64,000 bases of DNA from Macrostomum lignano (lineage: Eukaryota): the NCBI GenBank assembly GCA_002269645.1, contig NIVC01002993.1:1-64000 (forward strand), read 5' to 3'. Position 1 is the stretch's first letter; each line of letters opens with the position of its first letter. The notes beneath the pieces are model-generated. The model saw only the letters and a list, made by a program, of their open reading frames with translations. It was not told the DNA's origin and did not search any database. Positions 49,491 through 59,591 of this stretch are shown piece after piece. A program made the translations under genes and the position numbers.

Positions 49491-49534
49491 GTTAGTTAGT
49501 TAGTTAGTTCGTTAGTTAGTTAGTTAGTTAGTTC

Positions 49535-49568
<34 letters not shown>

Positions 49569-49569
49569 C

Positions 49570-49600
<31 letters not shown>

Positions 49601-49657
49601 CAGTTAGTTAGTTAGTCAGTTAGTTAGTTAGTTAGTTAGTCAGTTAGTTAGTCAGTC

Positions 49658-49688
<31 letters not shown>

Positions 49689-49781
49689 CAGTTAGTTAGT
49701 TAGTTAGTCAGTTAGTTAGTTAGTTAGTTAGTTATTCAGTTAGTTAGTTAGTTAGTTAGTTAGTCAGTTAGTTAGTCAGTC

Positions 49782-49816
<35 letters not shown>

Positions 49817-49898
49817 CAGTTAGTTAGTCAGTCAGTCAGTTAGTTAGTTAGTTAGTCAGTTAGTTAGTCAGTCAGTCAGTTAGTTAGTTAGTTAGTTA
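49491..49898. repeat. (TTAG)n microsatellite with TCAG variants
   Basis: Begins with GTTAGT at 49491 and ends just before GTGACAG (AG at 49906-49907). Confidence 0.97.
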
Positions 49899-50217
49899 AC
49901 GTGACAGCATCCGGAGTCGAACCCAGTGACGGGTATCAAATAGCATTGAAATATTTCTCCCCGCAGTGACGAGTCGTCGCTATTTATACTAGCAGAACAT
50001 ATATAAATGTAAATGAGCTTAATTCTATGGCTTAAACGCATTGCCCAAGCGTAGCACACGAGGCTGCTGCACTGTACCCGGTTTCTGCATCTATGGTCAG
50101 CAGCTGTTTAAACAATGCAGCCATTTAATTTTGATCTTTTATTTATAATTAAAATAATTTCAATTAGCAGGTTGCAAACCGCAGTACTGCCAAGTTGCAT
50201 TCCGCCGATCAGAAACG

Positions 50218-51993
50218 ATGACCAGCTGCCCGCTGCCGCCGCAGTTCCCCAACTCGCACCTGAACATACCACCGTTCCTACGCAGCCATCACCCGTACAC
50301 GAAATGGATGATCAACATGATCCGTGGCAGGTCGCACCACCGTCTCACCACCATGGTGAGGGAGAGGCCCGAGCTGTTCCAGCAGATCTTCCAGATCGCC
50401 GACCAGCCAGACCTCATCGGGAACGACTCGCGCGACTCTCAGTCCATGTTTCACCGCAACGCCGTGCTGTACCTCAACCCGCTGAGTCTGGCCATCTACC
50501 TCAAGGAGGAGAAGTCGGTGGAGATCATCCTGCGCAGCGGAGTCAACCATGGGCACCAGAAGAGCTTCGCCACAGACGTATTCAGCCGAGGCGTTGCCGG
50601 CGGCGACATTGTCGAGATCCTGCCCGTGTGCGTCGCCATCAGGCGGGAGTTTTACGAGGCCATCAGCTCCCTGAGCAGCGTGGCGCCGCCGTTCATGAAG
50701 CACGGACAGGCGCTGACGTTGGACATCAGCCGGCCATTCGAGCTGCACTATGAGAGCAAGGCCAGCCAAAAGGTATTCAAATATCGCGACACTCTCCACT
50801 ACGGCACCGAGACTATGAAGACGCGGCTCAACATCAATATCAGCAGCCTGCTCGAGAGCCTCATCACCATTCGGCCGGAGATTTGGCAGCCGCAGGTGCT
50901 GGACGATGACGGGTTCGGCCAGAAGATCAGCCTGTTCCGCCGCATCGCCCGCGTGGCGTACTACGAGGACCCGGAGTGTCGCAAGTCGCACAACTTGATC
51001 AGCGCGCTGGAGACGCTGTTCAAAAACCGCTGCTTCCTTGAGCTGCAGCCGACGCCCGACACCAAGGCCGGGTTTGTTGCCCGCATCCAGAGCCTGGACC
51101 CCATGATCATGGACCAGGACTGCGCCATCGCACTGCTGATGGGCCTGTACTACCGCATGCACTGCAAGGTTAAAAACGGCCCGATGAACTCCCTGGCCGA
51201 CATCATTCGCCGAGCCCTCACAGCCACCAAGTGGCGAAAAACGTTTCTGCGACTGCCTGTGGAGCATCTGCAGAAGATCTTCAGCTGCCTGCCGGAGAAT
51301 GTCGCCCTACCAACTGACTCTCTGCTGGCCATCAAGACTCACATCAGCATCATCAACGAGAAAGAGCAGGACAGCACCATCAATCTGACAGGAGCTGGGC
51401 GCGTGCCCGCCTCCGAGCTGCGCAGCGTTGGCGACGACTGCGCCCTCCTGCGGGTGCGGCAGAACGGCAGCCGGTTCAGCAAGCCGCCCTCGCTCAACAG
51501 CTACATCCAGGCCAGCAGCAGCGGCATGCCGCGGATGAAGCAGGCGGCCGCCCAGCCTCCTACCGGCAGCTCCGACATCATGACCGACTTTGACGAGTCC
51601 GGCATGCCGGGCCAGGAGATGCCGCCTCAGCTGATGCAGCAGATGCTTCAACAGCAGCAACTGCAGCAGCATCAGCAGTTTCAGCAGCACCGCCAGCAGC
51701 TGCTGTCGTCTCGATCTCCCTACGCCGGCAACGAAAAGACGGAAACCGCCGACCACGAAGACGAGGAGCGCTCCGAAGACTTGAACAGCTTCGAGCGCGA
51801 GCTGGTGAAGCACATGTACTCCAGCAGCGCTGGCAGGCAGCAGCAGCAGTTCGCGCCCGGCGACATGGGCGACGTTCGACTTCAGGGTGGAAAGCCGGCG
51901 GGCCGCGCGGGGCTGCAGCAGCAGCAGCAGCAGCAGCAGCTGTTTGATGCGTTTGACGCCGTCAATAGCAGTCCGGCCAACTCGGCCTACTGA
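50218..51993 (+). CDS. 591-aa uncharacterised protein, single coding exon; weak ankyrin-like and SOCS-box-like segments; Gln-rich C-terminus
   Basis: Long GC3-rich non-repetitive ORF. NPLSLAIYLKEEKSVEIILRSGVN (about 50476-50547) and PMNSLADIIRRAL...FLRLPVEHLQKIF (51181-51282). Confidence 0.8.
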   Translation: MTSCPLPPQFPNSHLNIPPFLRSHHPYTKWMINMIRGRSHHRLTTMVRERPELFQQIFQIADQPDLIGNDSRDSQSMFHRNAVLYLNPLSLAIYLKEEKSVEIILRSGVNHGHQKSFATDVFSRGVAGGDIVEILPVCVAIRREFYEAISSLSSVAPPFMKHGQALTLDISRPFELHYESKASQKVFKYRDTLHYGTETMKTRLNINISSLLESLITIRPEIWQPQVLDDDGFGQKISLFRRIARVAYYEDPECRKSHNLISALETLFKNRCFLELQPTPDTKAGFVARIQSLDPMIMDQDCAIALLMGLYYRMHCKVKNGPMNSLADIIRRALTATKWRKTFLRLPVEHLQKIFSCLPENVALPTDSLLAIKTHISIINEKEQDSTINLTGAGRVPASELRSVGDDCALLRVRQNGSRFSKPPSLNSYIQASSSGMPRMKQAAAQPPTGSSDIMTDFDESGMPGQEMPPQLMQQMLQQQQLQQHQQFQQHRQQLLSSRSPYAGNEKTETADHEDEERSEDLNSFERELVKHMYSSSAGRQQQQFAPGDMGDVRLQGGKPAGRAGLQQQQQQQQLFDAFDAVNSSPANSAY

Positions 51994-52547
51994 CCGCGGT
52001 GCCGTGCTAGTGACATTTTTCTCAGTCTTTAATTAAGCATTTACTTTGTTCATATTTCTGCCAGGTTTAAGAGTTTATTTCATTCATAGAAATTTGTTTT
52101 TTAGCGTTCATTTTCTGCTGAACTCTCCACACATTCTCGCCACGGAACATTTATATCATTTTTTGGCCTGGAATATTTTTTCTGACTGGGTCACCGCTTA
52201 ACCAACAATAAAAATATATATACCGGTTTTTAAGGTTTGGCTGACTAGGTGGGCAAAAGGTCGATGAGAACGTTTTAATTTTTCCATGCTTTTATAGAAA
52301 TTTAAATTGACTGATACGAGCTGAGCACTCAATTTATTGTGTACTGAACTTGTGGGTTTTGCTTGATGAATAAGAGAAAGAATATTTTTCATTCCCAACT
52401 CTTAGATCACTATATTTCGTGTTAAAGAATCAAGAGTCTAGTTTAAGTTGGGAAACTCCTTTTGGGAGTCGATAATTTAGCAGTCTCAAATGATGTTTTA
52501 TTTCTATTTTCTATAATTCTCCATTTCTATATTTCATGATTTTTTTC

Positions 52548-53035
52548 TAGCTTCCCTGATGTTCCATCTCAAGCTTCCATGATGTTCCATCTCAAGCTTC
52601 CCTGATGTTCCATCTCAAGCCTCCATGATGTTCCATCTCAAGCTTCCATGATTCCATGATGTTCTATCTCAAGCTTCCATGATTCCATGATGTTCTATCT
52701 CAAGCTTCCATGATTTTCAATCTCAAGCTTCCATGATTCCATGATGTTCTATCTCAAGCTTCCATGGTGCTATATCTCAAGCTTCCATGATTTTCAATCT
52801 CAAGCTTCCATGATTCCATGATGTTCTATCTCAAGCTTCCATGATTCCATGATGTTCTATCTCAAGCTTCCATGATTCCATGATGTTCTATCTCAAGCTT
52901 CCATGATTCCATGATGTTCAATCTCAAGCTTCCATGATTCCATGATGTTCAATCTCAAGCTTCCATGGTGTTCCATTTCTAGCTTACATGATGTTCCATT
53001 TCTAGCTTCCATGATGTTCCATTTCTAAGCTTCTA
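52548..53035. repeat. About 23-bp minisatellite (GATGTTCCATCTCAAGCTTCCAT)
   Basis: Tandem units between convergent gene ends. Confidence 0.92.
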
Positions 53036-53323
53036 TGGCCCTCTAAATTCCATTTATAAATCAATTTTCATTCATCAGCTCGCAAAAAGAACCACGAACT
53101 GTACTCGTACATGAAAATAAAAAATAGATTTACTTTAAGTAGTTATTGTATTTAATTATAGCTTAATTCAAAATATGCTGCGAGAGAACTCAGAAAGACC
53201 AGTAAGTTTATATATTTAAAGAGTTTTTGTTCGAGCACAACTGACACACTTCAATAATGAATTGAAACTTCGCAATCGCACAGCGAGATTGTAGGACTGA
53301 GCGTGAGCAATTTTGAGCAGGAT

Positions 53324-53374
53324 TTATTCGCCGTGAAGCAATTTCGACTGTTGACGGTTGGGACGAGAAATTGC
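53324..53374 (-). CDS. RABL3: RABL3 terminal coding exon
   Basis: Acceptor TTTCACTTGCAG|GCA; AISRPNRQQSKLLHGE* resembles the RABL3 C-terminus (KSLHYD*). Confidence 0.7.
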   Translation of the reverse strand, partial: AISRPNRQQSKLLHGE

Positions 53375-53479
53375 CTGCAAGTGAAAGTGCGAAAGTGAAC
53401 AAATTTGTGACACAAGCTGGGTTGACAGAACTGCTCGATAGCCATTTCAGTGACATCAGCAGACATCAGAATCCAATAA

Positions 53480-53770
53480 TCAGGCATGACCATATCCGGA
53501 AAATCCCAGAATCCCATAGACGGAATCCCATAGCCGGACATCCCAAAGCCGGACACCCCAGAATGCCATATCTGCACATCCCAGAATCCCATAACAGGAC
53601 ATCCCATCATCTCATATCCGGACATCCCAGAATCCCATAGCCGGACATCCGAGAATCCCTTTTCTGGACATCCCAGAGTCCCATAGCCGGACATCCGAGA
53701 ATCCCATAACCGGACATCCCAGAGTCCCATATCCGGACATCCCATAATCCCATAGCCGGACATTCCAGAA
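53480..53770. repeat. About 23-bp minisatellite (GGACATCCCAGAATCCCATAGCC) in the RABL3 intron
   Basis: Tandem units; explains the junk C-terminal extension of ORF 53251..54420. Confidence 0.92.
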
Positions 53771-53790
53771 TCGCACACCCAGTTGCGCAC

Positions 53791-54420
53791 CTGTCCAACC
53801 CTAGGCGGAGTGGAGGCCCTGGGCCGCAGCCTGTACTCGATGACCTGATCATAGAAGCGGTCCAGCTTGACGGCATTGGTGGTGCCAGCGCTCAGCGATC
53901 TGGTGTCCACGCAGCTGAGCAGGATCTCCGGACAGCCAATCCGAGCGGCAGCTTCGCCACCGTTCGGCCGCTTGGCCAGCGTATCGGCTTTGCACAGGTC
54001 GCTCTTGGCGCCAATCACCAGCACTGGCGGAGTGTCAGCGCCAAGGCAGCTCTCGTGCAGCCAGCGACTAAGATTGAGCTCAGTCTTCCTGTTAGTGAGG
54101 TCGTGCACCAGCAGGATGCCGTGTACACCGTGGTAGAACACACCGCGGCTGTTCTTGTGCATCGGATAGCCGCCGATGTCCCAGAACTCCAGGAAGAACA
54201 ACCGCTCAGCCTGGCCGGTCAGCTCCGACCTGTACTCGTGCAGGCCGACCTGCAGTGAGCAGCCCACAGTCCAGGCTGGATTGGTCAGCTCGCTGTGATT
54301 GGTCAGCAGGTGTACAAGCGAGGACTTGCCAACGCCGGAGTCGCCAAGCACCAGAATTTTCACACGGAGCGTGTCTTCCTGTGCCGGCGGTTGTGGGGTT
54401 TTCGAAAATTGATCAGACAT
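53791..54420 (-). CDS. RABL3: Rab-like protein 3, main coding exon
   Basis: VKILVLGDSGVGKSSLVHLL, NPAWTVGCS, FWDIGG, GILLVHDLTNRKT and AGTTNAVKLDRFYDQVIE are RABL3 hallmarks. Donor CAG|GTGCGC at 53791/53790. Confidence 0.93.
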
Positions 54421-54434
54421 TCTACTTGCTCCAT

Positions 54435-55090
54435 TTGACTCTCAGTCACTCGCTTAATCCTCACCCGACTCTCAGTCACTCGCTTAATCCTCACCTGACT
54501 CTCAGTCACTCGCTTAATTCTCACCTGACTCTCAGTCACTCGCTAAATCCTTATCTGACTCTCAGTCACTCGCTAAATCCTCACCTGACTCTCAGTCACT
54601 CGCTAAATCCTTATCTGACTCTCAGTCACTCGCTAAATCCTCACCTGACTCTCAGTCACTCGCTAAATCCTCACCTGACTCTCAGTCACTCGCTAAATCC
54701 TCACCCGACTCTCAGTCACTCGCTTAATCCTCATCTGACTCTCAGTCACTCGCTAAATCCTCATCTGACTCTCAGTCACTCGCTAAATCCTCACCTGACT
54801 CTCAGTCACTCGCTAAATCCTCACCCGACTCTCAGTCACTCGCTAAATCCTCACTTGACTCTCAGTCACTCGCTAAACCCTCACCTGACTCTCAGTCACT
54901 CGCTCAATCCTCACCTGACTCTCAGTCACTCGCTCAATCCTCACTTGACTCTCAGTCACTCGCTCAATCCTCACCTGACTCTCAGTCACTCGCTCAATCC
55001 TCACTTGACTCTCAGTCACTCGCTCAATCCTCACTTGACTCTCAGTCACTCGCTAAACCCTCACCTGACTCTCAGTCACTCGCTCAATCA
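54435..55090. repeat. 30-bp minisatellite in a putative RABL3 5'UTR intron (54422-55113)
   Basis: Unit CTCACCTGACTCTCAGTCACTCGCTAAATC. Minus-strand donor GTGAGT at 55113-55108 and acceptor GTAG|A-ATG at 54422/54421. Confidence 0.93.
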
Positions 55091-55419
55091 CTGTACTCTG
55101 TTAGTCTACTCACTGAATCTATATACTAAAAATAGTTTGTCGGTATTGCTAAATGAGGTACTGGTAAAAAAGTAAAGACAAATCGAGCTTTTTATTAAAC
55201 CATATGATTTCTTAAAATTTTATTTAAGCAATAGTAGAAATTAACAATTTACGCTTCGATGAAAATTGCACTAACAAAATTATTTTCTTCGCAATTAAAG
55301 TTTCTTATTATTAAGATTTTATAGTTTACTATAGTAGTAATTAAGCAGGTCTAAACCTACAGGTACGAGCTATATTATGGGAAGTTTACAGCTTCATATT
55401 TTACACTTAAAAAGAACAA

Positions 55420-55710
55420 GGATGGTTTGTGGCGATTCTCAAGGATGGTTTGTGACGATTCTCAAGGATGGTTTGTGGCGATTCTCAAGGATGGTTTGGT
55501 GGCGATTCTCAAGGATGGTTTGTGGCGAATCTCAAATATGGTTTGGTGGCGATTCTCAAGGATGGTTTGTGGCGAATCTCAAATATGGTTTGGGGCGATT
55601 CTCAAGGATGGTTTGTGGCGATTCTCAAGGATGGTTTGTGGCGATTCTCAAGGATGGTTTGTGGCGATTCTCAAGGATTCTCAGGAGTTGCTAGGGCGAT
55701 TCTCAAGGGT
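55420..55710. repeat. 23-bp minisatellite (GGATGGTTTGTGGCGATTCTCAA) downstream of the TMEM223-like stop
   Basis: Tandem units visible directly. Confidence 0.92.
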
Positions 55711-55758
55711 GATTTAAGATTCTACAAAAGCACAAGGCAGCTTCTGAGCTTCAGTCAG

Positions 55759-56709
55759 TCACCGGACCGCTTGCATGCGGACCTGTTTAACCAGGGCGGC
55801 CATCAGAGTCGGCTCTTTAACAAAACGCGAGTCCTTATCAACGGCCAGCAGCCTGGGCCGCTTTTGATTCGGCTCAGCTGGCGGCGCCGCTATGAGCAGA
55901 TGATCCGTGTACAGTGGCGCCATATCTATCCAGCGCAGGTTGGCCGGCGCCGCGGCGCGCAGTTGGTTAATTGGAATTCGGCGCGCACCAGTCAGGCTGG
56001 TCACTAGCAGATGGCCGCCGGGCTCCAGCACCAGACGCCGGGCCAGACGCAGCGGATGAGCAAATGCGTACATGCCAGATAGCAGGGCGGTGAGACTGAG
56101 CAGGGCGGCGATGAGCAGGTTGATGGGGCTGCCAAGGCTGCTGCTAGGCAGGCTGGAGGCCAGACTGGTTAGCCAGCTGGTGTCAGCGGCGTCATCAACA
56201 GAATCGCCATCGCCAGACTGCAATAAATCATCGTCGCTCATCAGGCGACGCTGCAGGGCGGCCTCCTCGTGTCCGGCAATCAGCCGACTATGCCGCAGGT
56301 GGTCGAACATCAGATAGGCGCTAAGCAGAGCGATTAAACCGGATAGGCAGTTGCGCTTGTAGAGCTGGTGAGGCGGAGCCTCGAATAGCAGCACCGCTTT
56401 GCTGGTCTGGGTGGAGCCGATTGAGGCGAACTCGGCCGTCTGGGTTGAGTACTCGCTCCATGCTCCGCTCTGGCTATTCGGGTCTTGCTGCTGCTGCTGC
56501 TGCTGCTGCTGCTTTTGCTGTCTTGGTTGATCTCGCAAGCGACGCGCAATCCGGCCAAGGTCGCTGCCGCCGCCTCCGCTGCTGCAGCGCCTGTAGCCTT
56601 GCTGTCCCAGTCTCAGTCGGTGCTGCTCAACCAATCGAAGGTATCGTTGAATAACAAGACGGCAGCAGCGATGCTGCAACTGCAGCACTGATGCGCTTGG
56701 CATGGGCAT
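55759..56709 (-). CDS. TMEM223: TMEM223-like mitochondrial inner-membrane protein, single exon, 316 aa
   Basis: Basic presequence-like N-terminus, VLLFE motif, two hydrophobic helices, RRLVLEPGG after the second helix, and a C-terminal LAVDKDSRF resembling remembered TMEM223 motifs (VLLFE, RSVVLRAGG, LLDKTGHF). Confidence 0.62.
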   Translation of the reverse strand: MPMPSASVLQLQHRCCRLVIQRYLRLVEQHRLRLGQQGYRRCSSGGGGSDLGRIARRLRDQPRQQKQQQQQQQQQDPNSQSGAWSEYSTQTAEFASIGSTQTSKAVLLFEAPPHQLYKRNCLSGLIALLSAYLMFDHLRHSRLIAGHEEAALQRRLMSDDDLLQSGDGDSVDDAADTSWLTSLASSLPSSSLGSPINLLIAALLSLTALLSGMYAFAHPLRLARRLVLEPGGHLLVTSLTGARRIPINQLRAAAPANLRWIDMAPLYTDHLLIAAPPAEPNQKRPRLLAVDKDSRFVKEPTLMAALVKQVRMQAVR

Positions 56710-56734
56710 GCATTTAGTTGATTGACTTTATATC

Positions 56735-57410
56735 AGCACTTTGGACTGGGGATCGGAGGACATTGGGATGTCCATCGGTGGATTGCGGATTGAAGGACTT
56801 TGGGGATGTCTACCGGTGGATTGGGGACCGTAGGACATTGGGGATGTCCACCGGTGGATTGGGGATCGTAGGGCATTGGGATGTCCACCGGTGGATTGGG
56901 GATCGTAGGGCATTGGGGATGTCAACTGGTGGATTGGGGATCGTAGGGCATTGGGGATTTCCACCGGTGGATTGGAGATCGTAGGACATTGTGGATGTCC
57001 ACCGGTGGACTGGGGATCGTAGGACATTGGGGATGTCCACCTGTGGATTGGGGATCGTAGGGCATTGGGATGTCCACCGGTGGATTGGGGATCGTAGGGC
57101 ATTGGGGATATCCACTGGTGGATTGGGGATCGTAGGGCATTGGGGATATCCACCGGTGGATTGGGGACCGTAGGGCATTGGGGATGTCCACCGGTGGACT
57201 GGGGACCGTAGGGCATTGGGGATGTCCACCGGTGGATTGGGGCTTGAAGGACATTGGGGATGTCCACCGGTGGATTGGGGCTTGAAGGACATTGGGGATG
57301 TCCACCGGTGGATTGGGGATTGAAGGACACTGGGGATGTCCACCGGTGGATTGGGGATTGAAGAACATTGGGGATGTCCACCGGTGGGTTGGGGTTACAG
57401 GACATTGGGG
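56735..57410. repeat. About 37-38 bp minisatellite (TGTCCACCGGTGGATTGGGGATCGTAGGGCATTGGGGA)
   Basis: Tandem units immediately upstream of the TMEM223-like ATG. Confidence 0.93.
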
Positions 57411-57859
57411 TTACAGTATTAAAAAGACTTTAGCAAGCGTCCAGCCGTCAAGTAAATAAAAAAGTCAAACCAAAATTATATGAAAAAAAATGTTATCATG
57501 TACATCCTTCAAGTCGAAAGTTAACAAACATTTTCATAATGCAAAGTCTGTGCGTCAAAGAGCGTCTCGATTTGTTTTAATTAGTGTTTAATAAAAGGAA
57601 TGAAATAAACACTGAACAGATTGTACATTTAAACAAACGCAAATATCGCTACTAACTTAAGTAACATACAGACGGTGAACACAAACTATACGGCAAAGCA
57701 ATTCTGCAGAGAAGCAGCTTAAAGTCTGCACTTAAGAAAACTGCGGAAAATTTTGCATGCATTTGTACGAGCTCATTTTTAACAGTACATGTATCTGCGT
57801 GTGCGTGCTCATGGGTCAGTGGAATGGGTATGACTGATTGCCTACTAACTAAATAATTA

Positions 57860-57891
57860 ACTGATTAATCAATTAGTTGACTAACTAATTG

Positions 57892-57938
<47 letters not shown>

Positions 57939-57956
57939 GACTAACTAGCTAACTAG

Positions 57957-58006
<50 letters not shown>

Positions 58007-58007
58007 G

Positions 58008-58062
<55 letters not shown>

Positions 58063-58166
58063 GACTAACTAACTAACTAACTAACTAACTGACTAACTAA
58101 CTAACTAACTAACTGACTAACTAACTAACTAACTAACTAACTGACTAACTGACTAACTACTAACTG

Positions 58167-58201
<35 letters not shown>

Positions 58202-58202
58202 G

Positions 58203-58245
<43 letters not shown>

Positions 58246-58342
58246 GACTAACTAACTAACTGACTAACTAACTAACTAACTAACTAACTGACTAACTAAC
58301 TAACTAACTAGCTAACTAACTAACTAACTAACTAACTAACTG

Positions 58343-58389
<47 letters not shown>

Positions 58390-58412
58390 GACTAACTAAC
58401 TAACTAACTAAT

Positions 58413-58445
<33 letters not shown>

Positions 58446-58471
58446 GACTAACTGACTAACTAGCTAACTAG

Positions 58472-58509
<38 letters not shown>

Positions 58510-58510
58510 G

Positions 58511-58550
<40 letters not shown>

Positions 58551-58690
58551 GCTAGCTAACTAACTAACTAACTAACTAACTAACTGACTAACTAGCTAGC
58601 TAACTAACTAACTAACTAACTAACTAACAAACTAAATAACTAACTAACTAACTAACTAATTGATTAACTAACTAACTAACTAACTAGCTC
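57860..58690. repeat. (TAAC)n microsatellite, (GTTA)n on the CHFR sense strand
   Basis: About 830-bp run starting about 40 nt past the CHFR stop. Confidence 0.97.
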
Positions 58691-58730
58691 ACTAAGGTCT
58701 CATCAAAGCACAGCAGGCTAATAGAATAAG

Positions 58731-59047
58731 CTAGTCAAACTTGGTCCGCCGGCAAGCGTGATTAAACCGTTTCGCATGCTCCGGCTTATTAAACTGAGTG
58801 CGGCACTCGCTGCCCAGTGACAGTTGGGCCGGCTGGCCGCCTCGGCAGGCAGGGAGGCGGCGGGCAGGCCCGAGCGATAGGCCAGGGCCAGTTCTCGGAG
58901 GCAGGCCTGGCCGCAGGCGTAGCACACAGGGGTGTCCGGCCGGACTGGCCGGCTGCAGCGGTACTCGCCTGCGGCCAGGCGGGCGCAGCACTCTCGGAGC
59001 AGGTCGCGAACGCCCATATTGTTGGCGATGAGGTAGTCGGCGAGGAT
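58731..59047 (-). CDS. CHFR: CHFR last exon (Cys-rich domain end plus PBZ), with a 1-nt frameshift
   Basis: Acceptor TCGCAG|ATC; ILADYL...VCYACGQACLRELALAYR...RPNCHW, then the shifted frame gives (G)SECRTQFNKPEHAKRFNHACRRTKFD*, a PBZ motif. GGG at 58815-58813 needs GGGG. Confidence 0.88.
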
Positions 59048-59104
59048 CTGCGACAATGGAATTGGGGATGATGTCATTTTTAGGGATGGATCCTTGAAGG
59101 AGCA

Positions 59105-59520
59105 ATTCTCAGGATGGATGGGGTGATTCTCAGGATGGATGGAGTGATTTTCAGGATGGATGGGGTGATTCTCAGGATGGATGGAGTGATTCTCAGGATG
59201 GATGGGGTGATTCTCAGGATGGATGGAGTGATTCTCAGGATGGATGGAGTGATTCTCAGGATGGATGGAGTGATTCTCAGGATGGATGGGGTGATTCTCA
59301 GGATGGATGGAGTGATTCTCAGGATGGATGAAGTAATTCTCAGGGATGGATGGGGTGATTCTCAGGATGGATGGAGTGATTCTCAGGATGGATGGAGTGA
59401 TTCTCAGGATGGATGGAGTGATTCTCAGGATGGATGGAGTGATTCTCAGGGATGGATGGGGTGATTCTCAGCGATGGATGGAGTGATTCTCAGGGATGGT
59501 TTGGAGTGATTCTCAGGGAT
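59105..59520. repeat. 21-bp minisatellite (GATGGATGGAGTGATTCTCAG) in a CHFR intron
   Basis: 7-aa periodicity (MDGVILR). Confidence 0.95.
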
Positions 59521-59591
59521 GGTTGGGCCCGGCTCTGAAAAGTGATTTATGGCGAATCTGAAGGGTGATTTAGGGCCATTCGGAAAATCAC

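Noticed and set aside
49491-49898. Interstitial telomeric repeat
   Set aside because: The unit is TTAG, not TTAGGG or TTAGG.
53375-53790. C-terminal 180 aa of ORF 53251..54420 as part of RABL3
   Set aside because: It is read-through into a satellite-filled intron. A spliced 17-codon exon gives a RABL3-like end.
54255-55175. 306-aa plus-strand ORF with HLTLSHSLNP repeats
   Set aside because: It is a translation of the 30-bp satellite, antisense to RABL3.
4311-56709. Functional clustering of mitochondria-related genes (RCC1L, Apaf-1, TMEM223-like)
   Set aside because: They are far apart with unrelated genes between them, which is compatible with chance.
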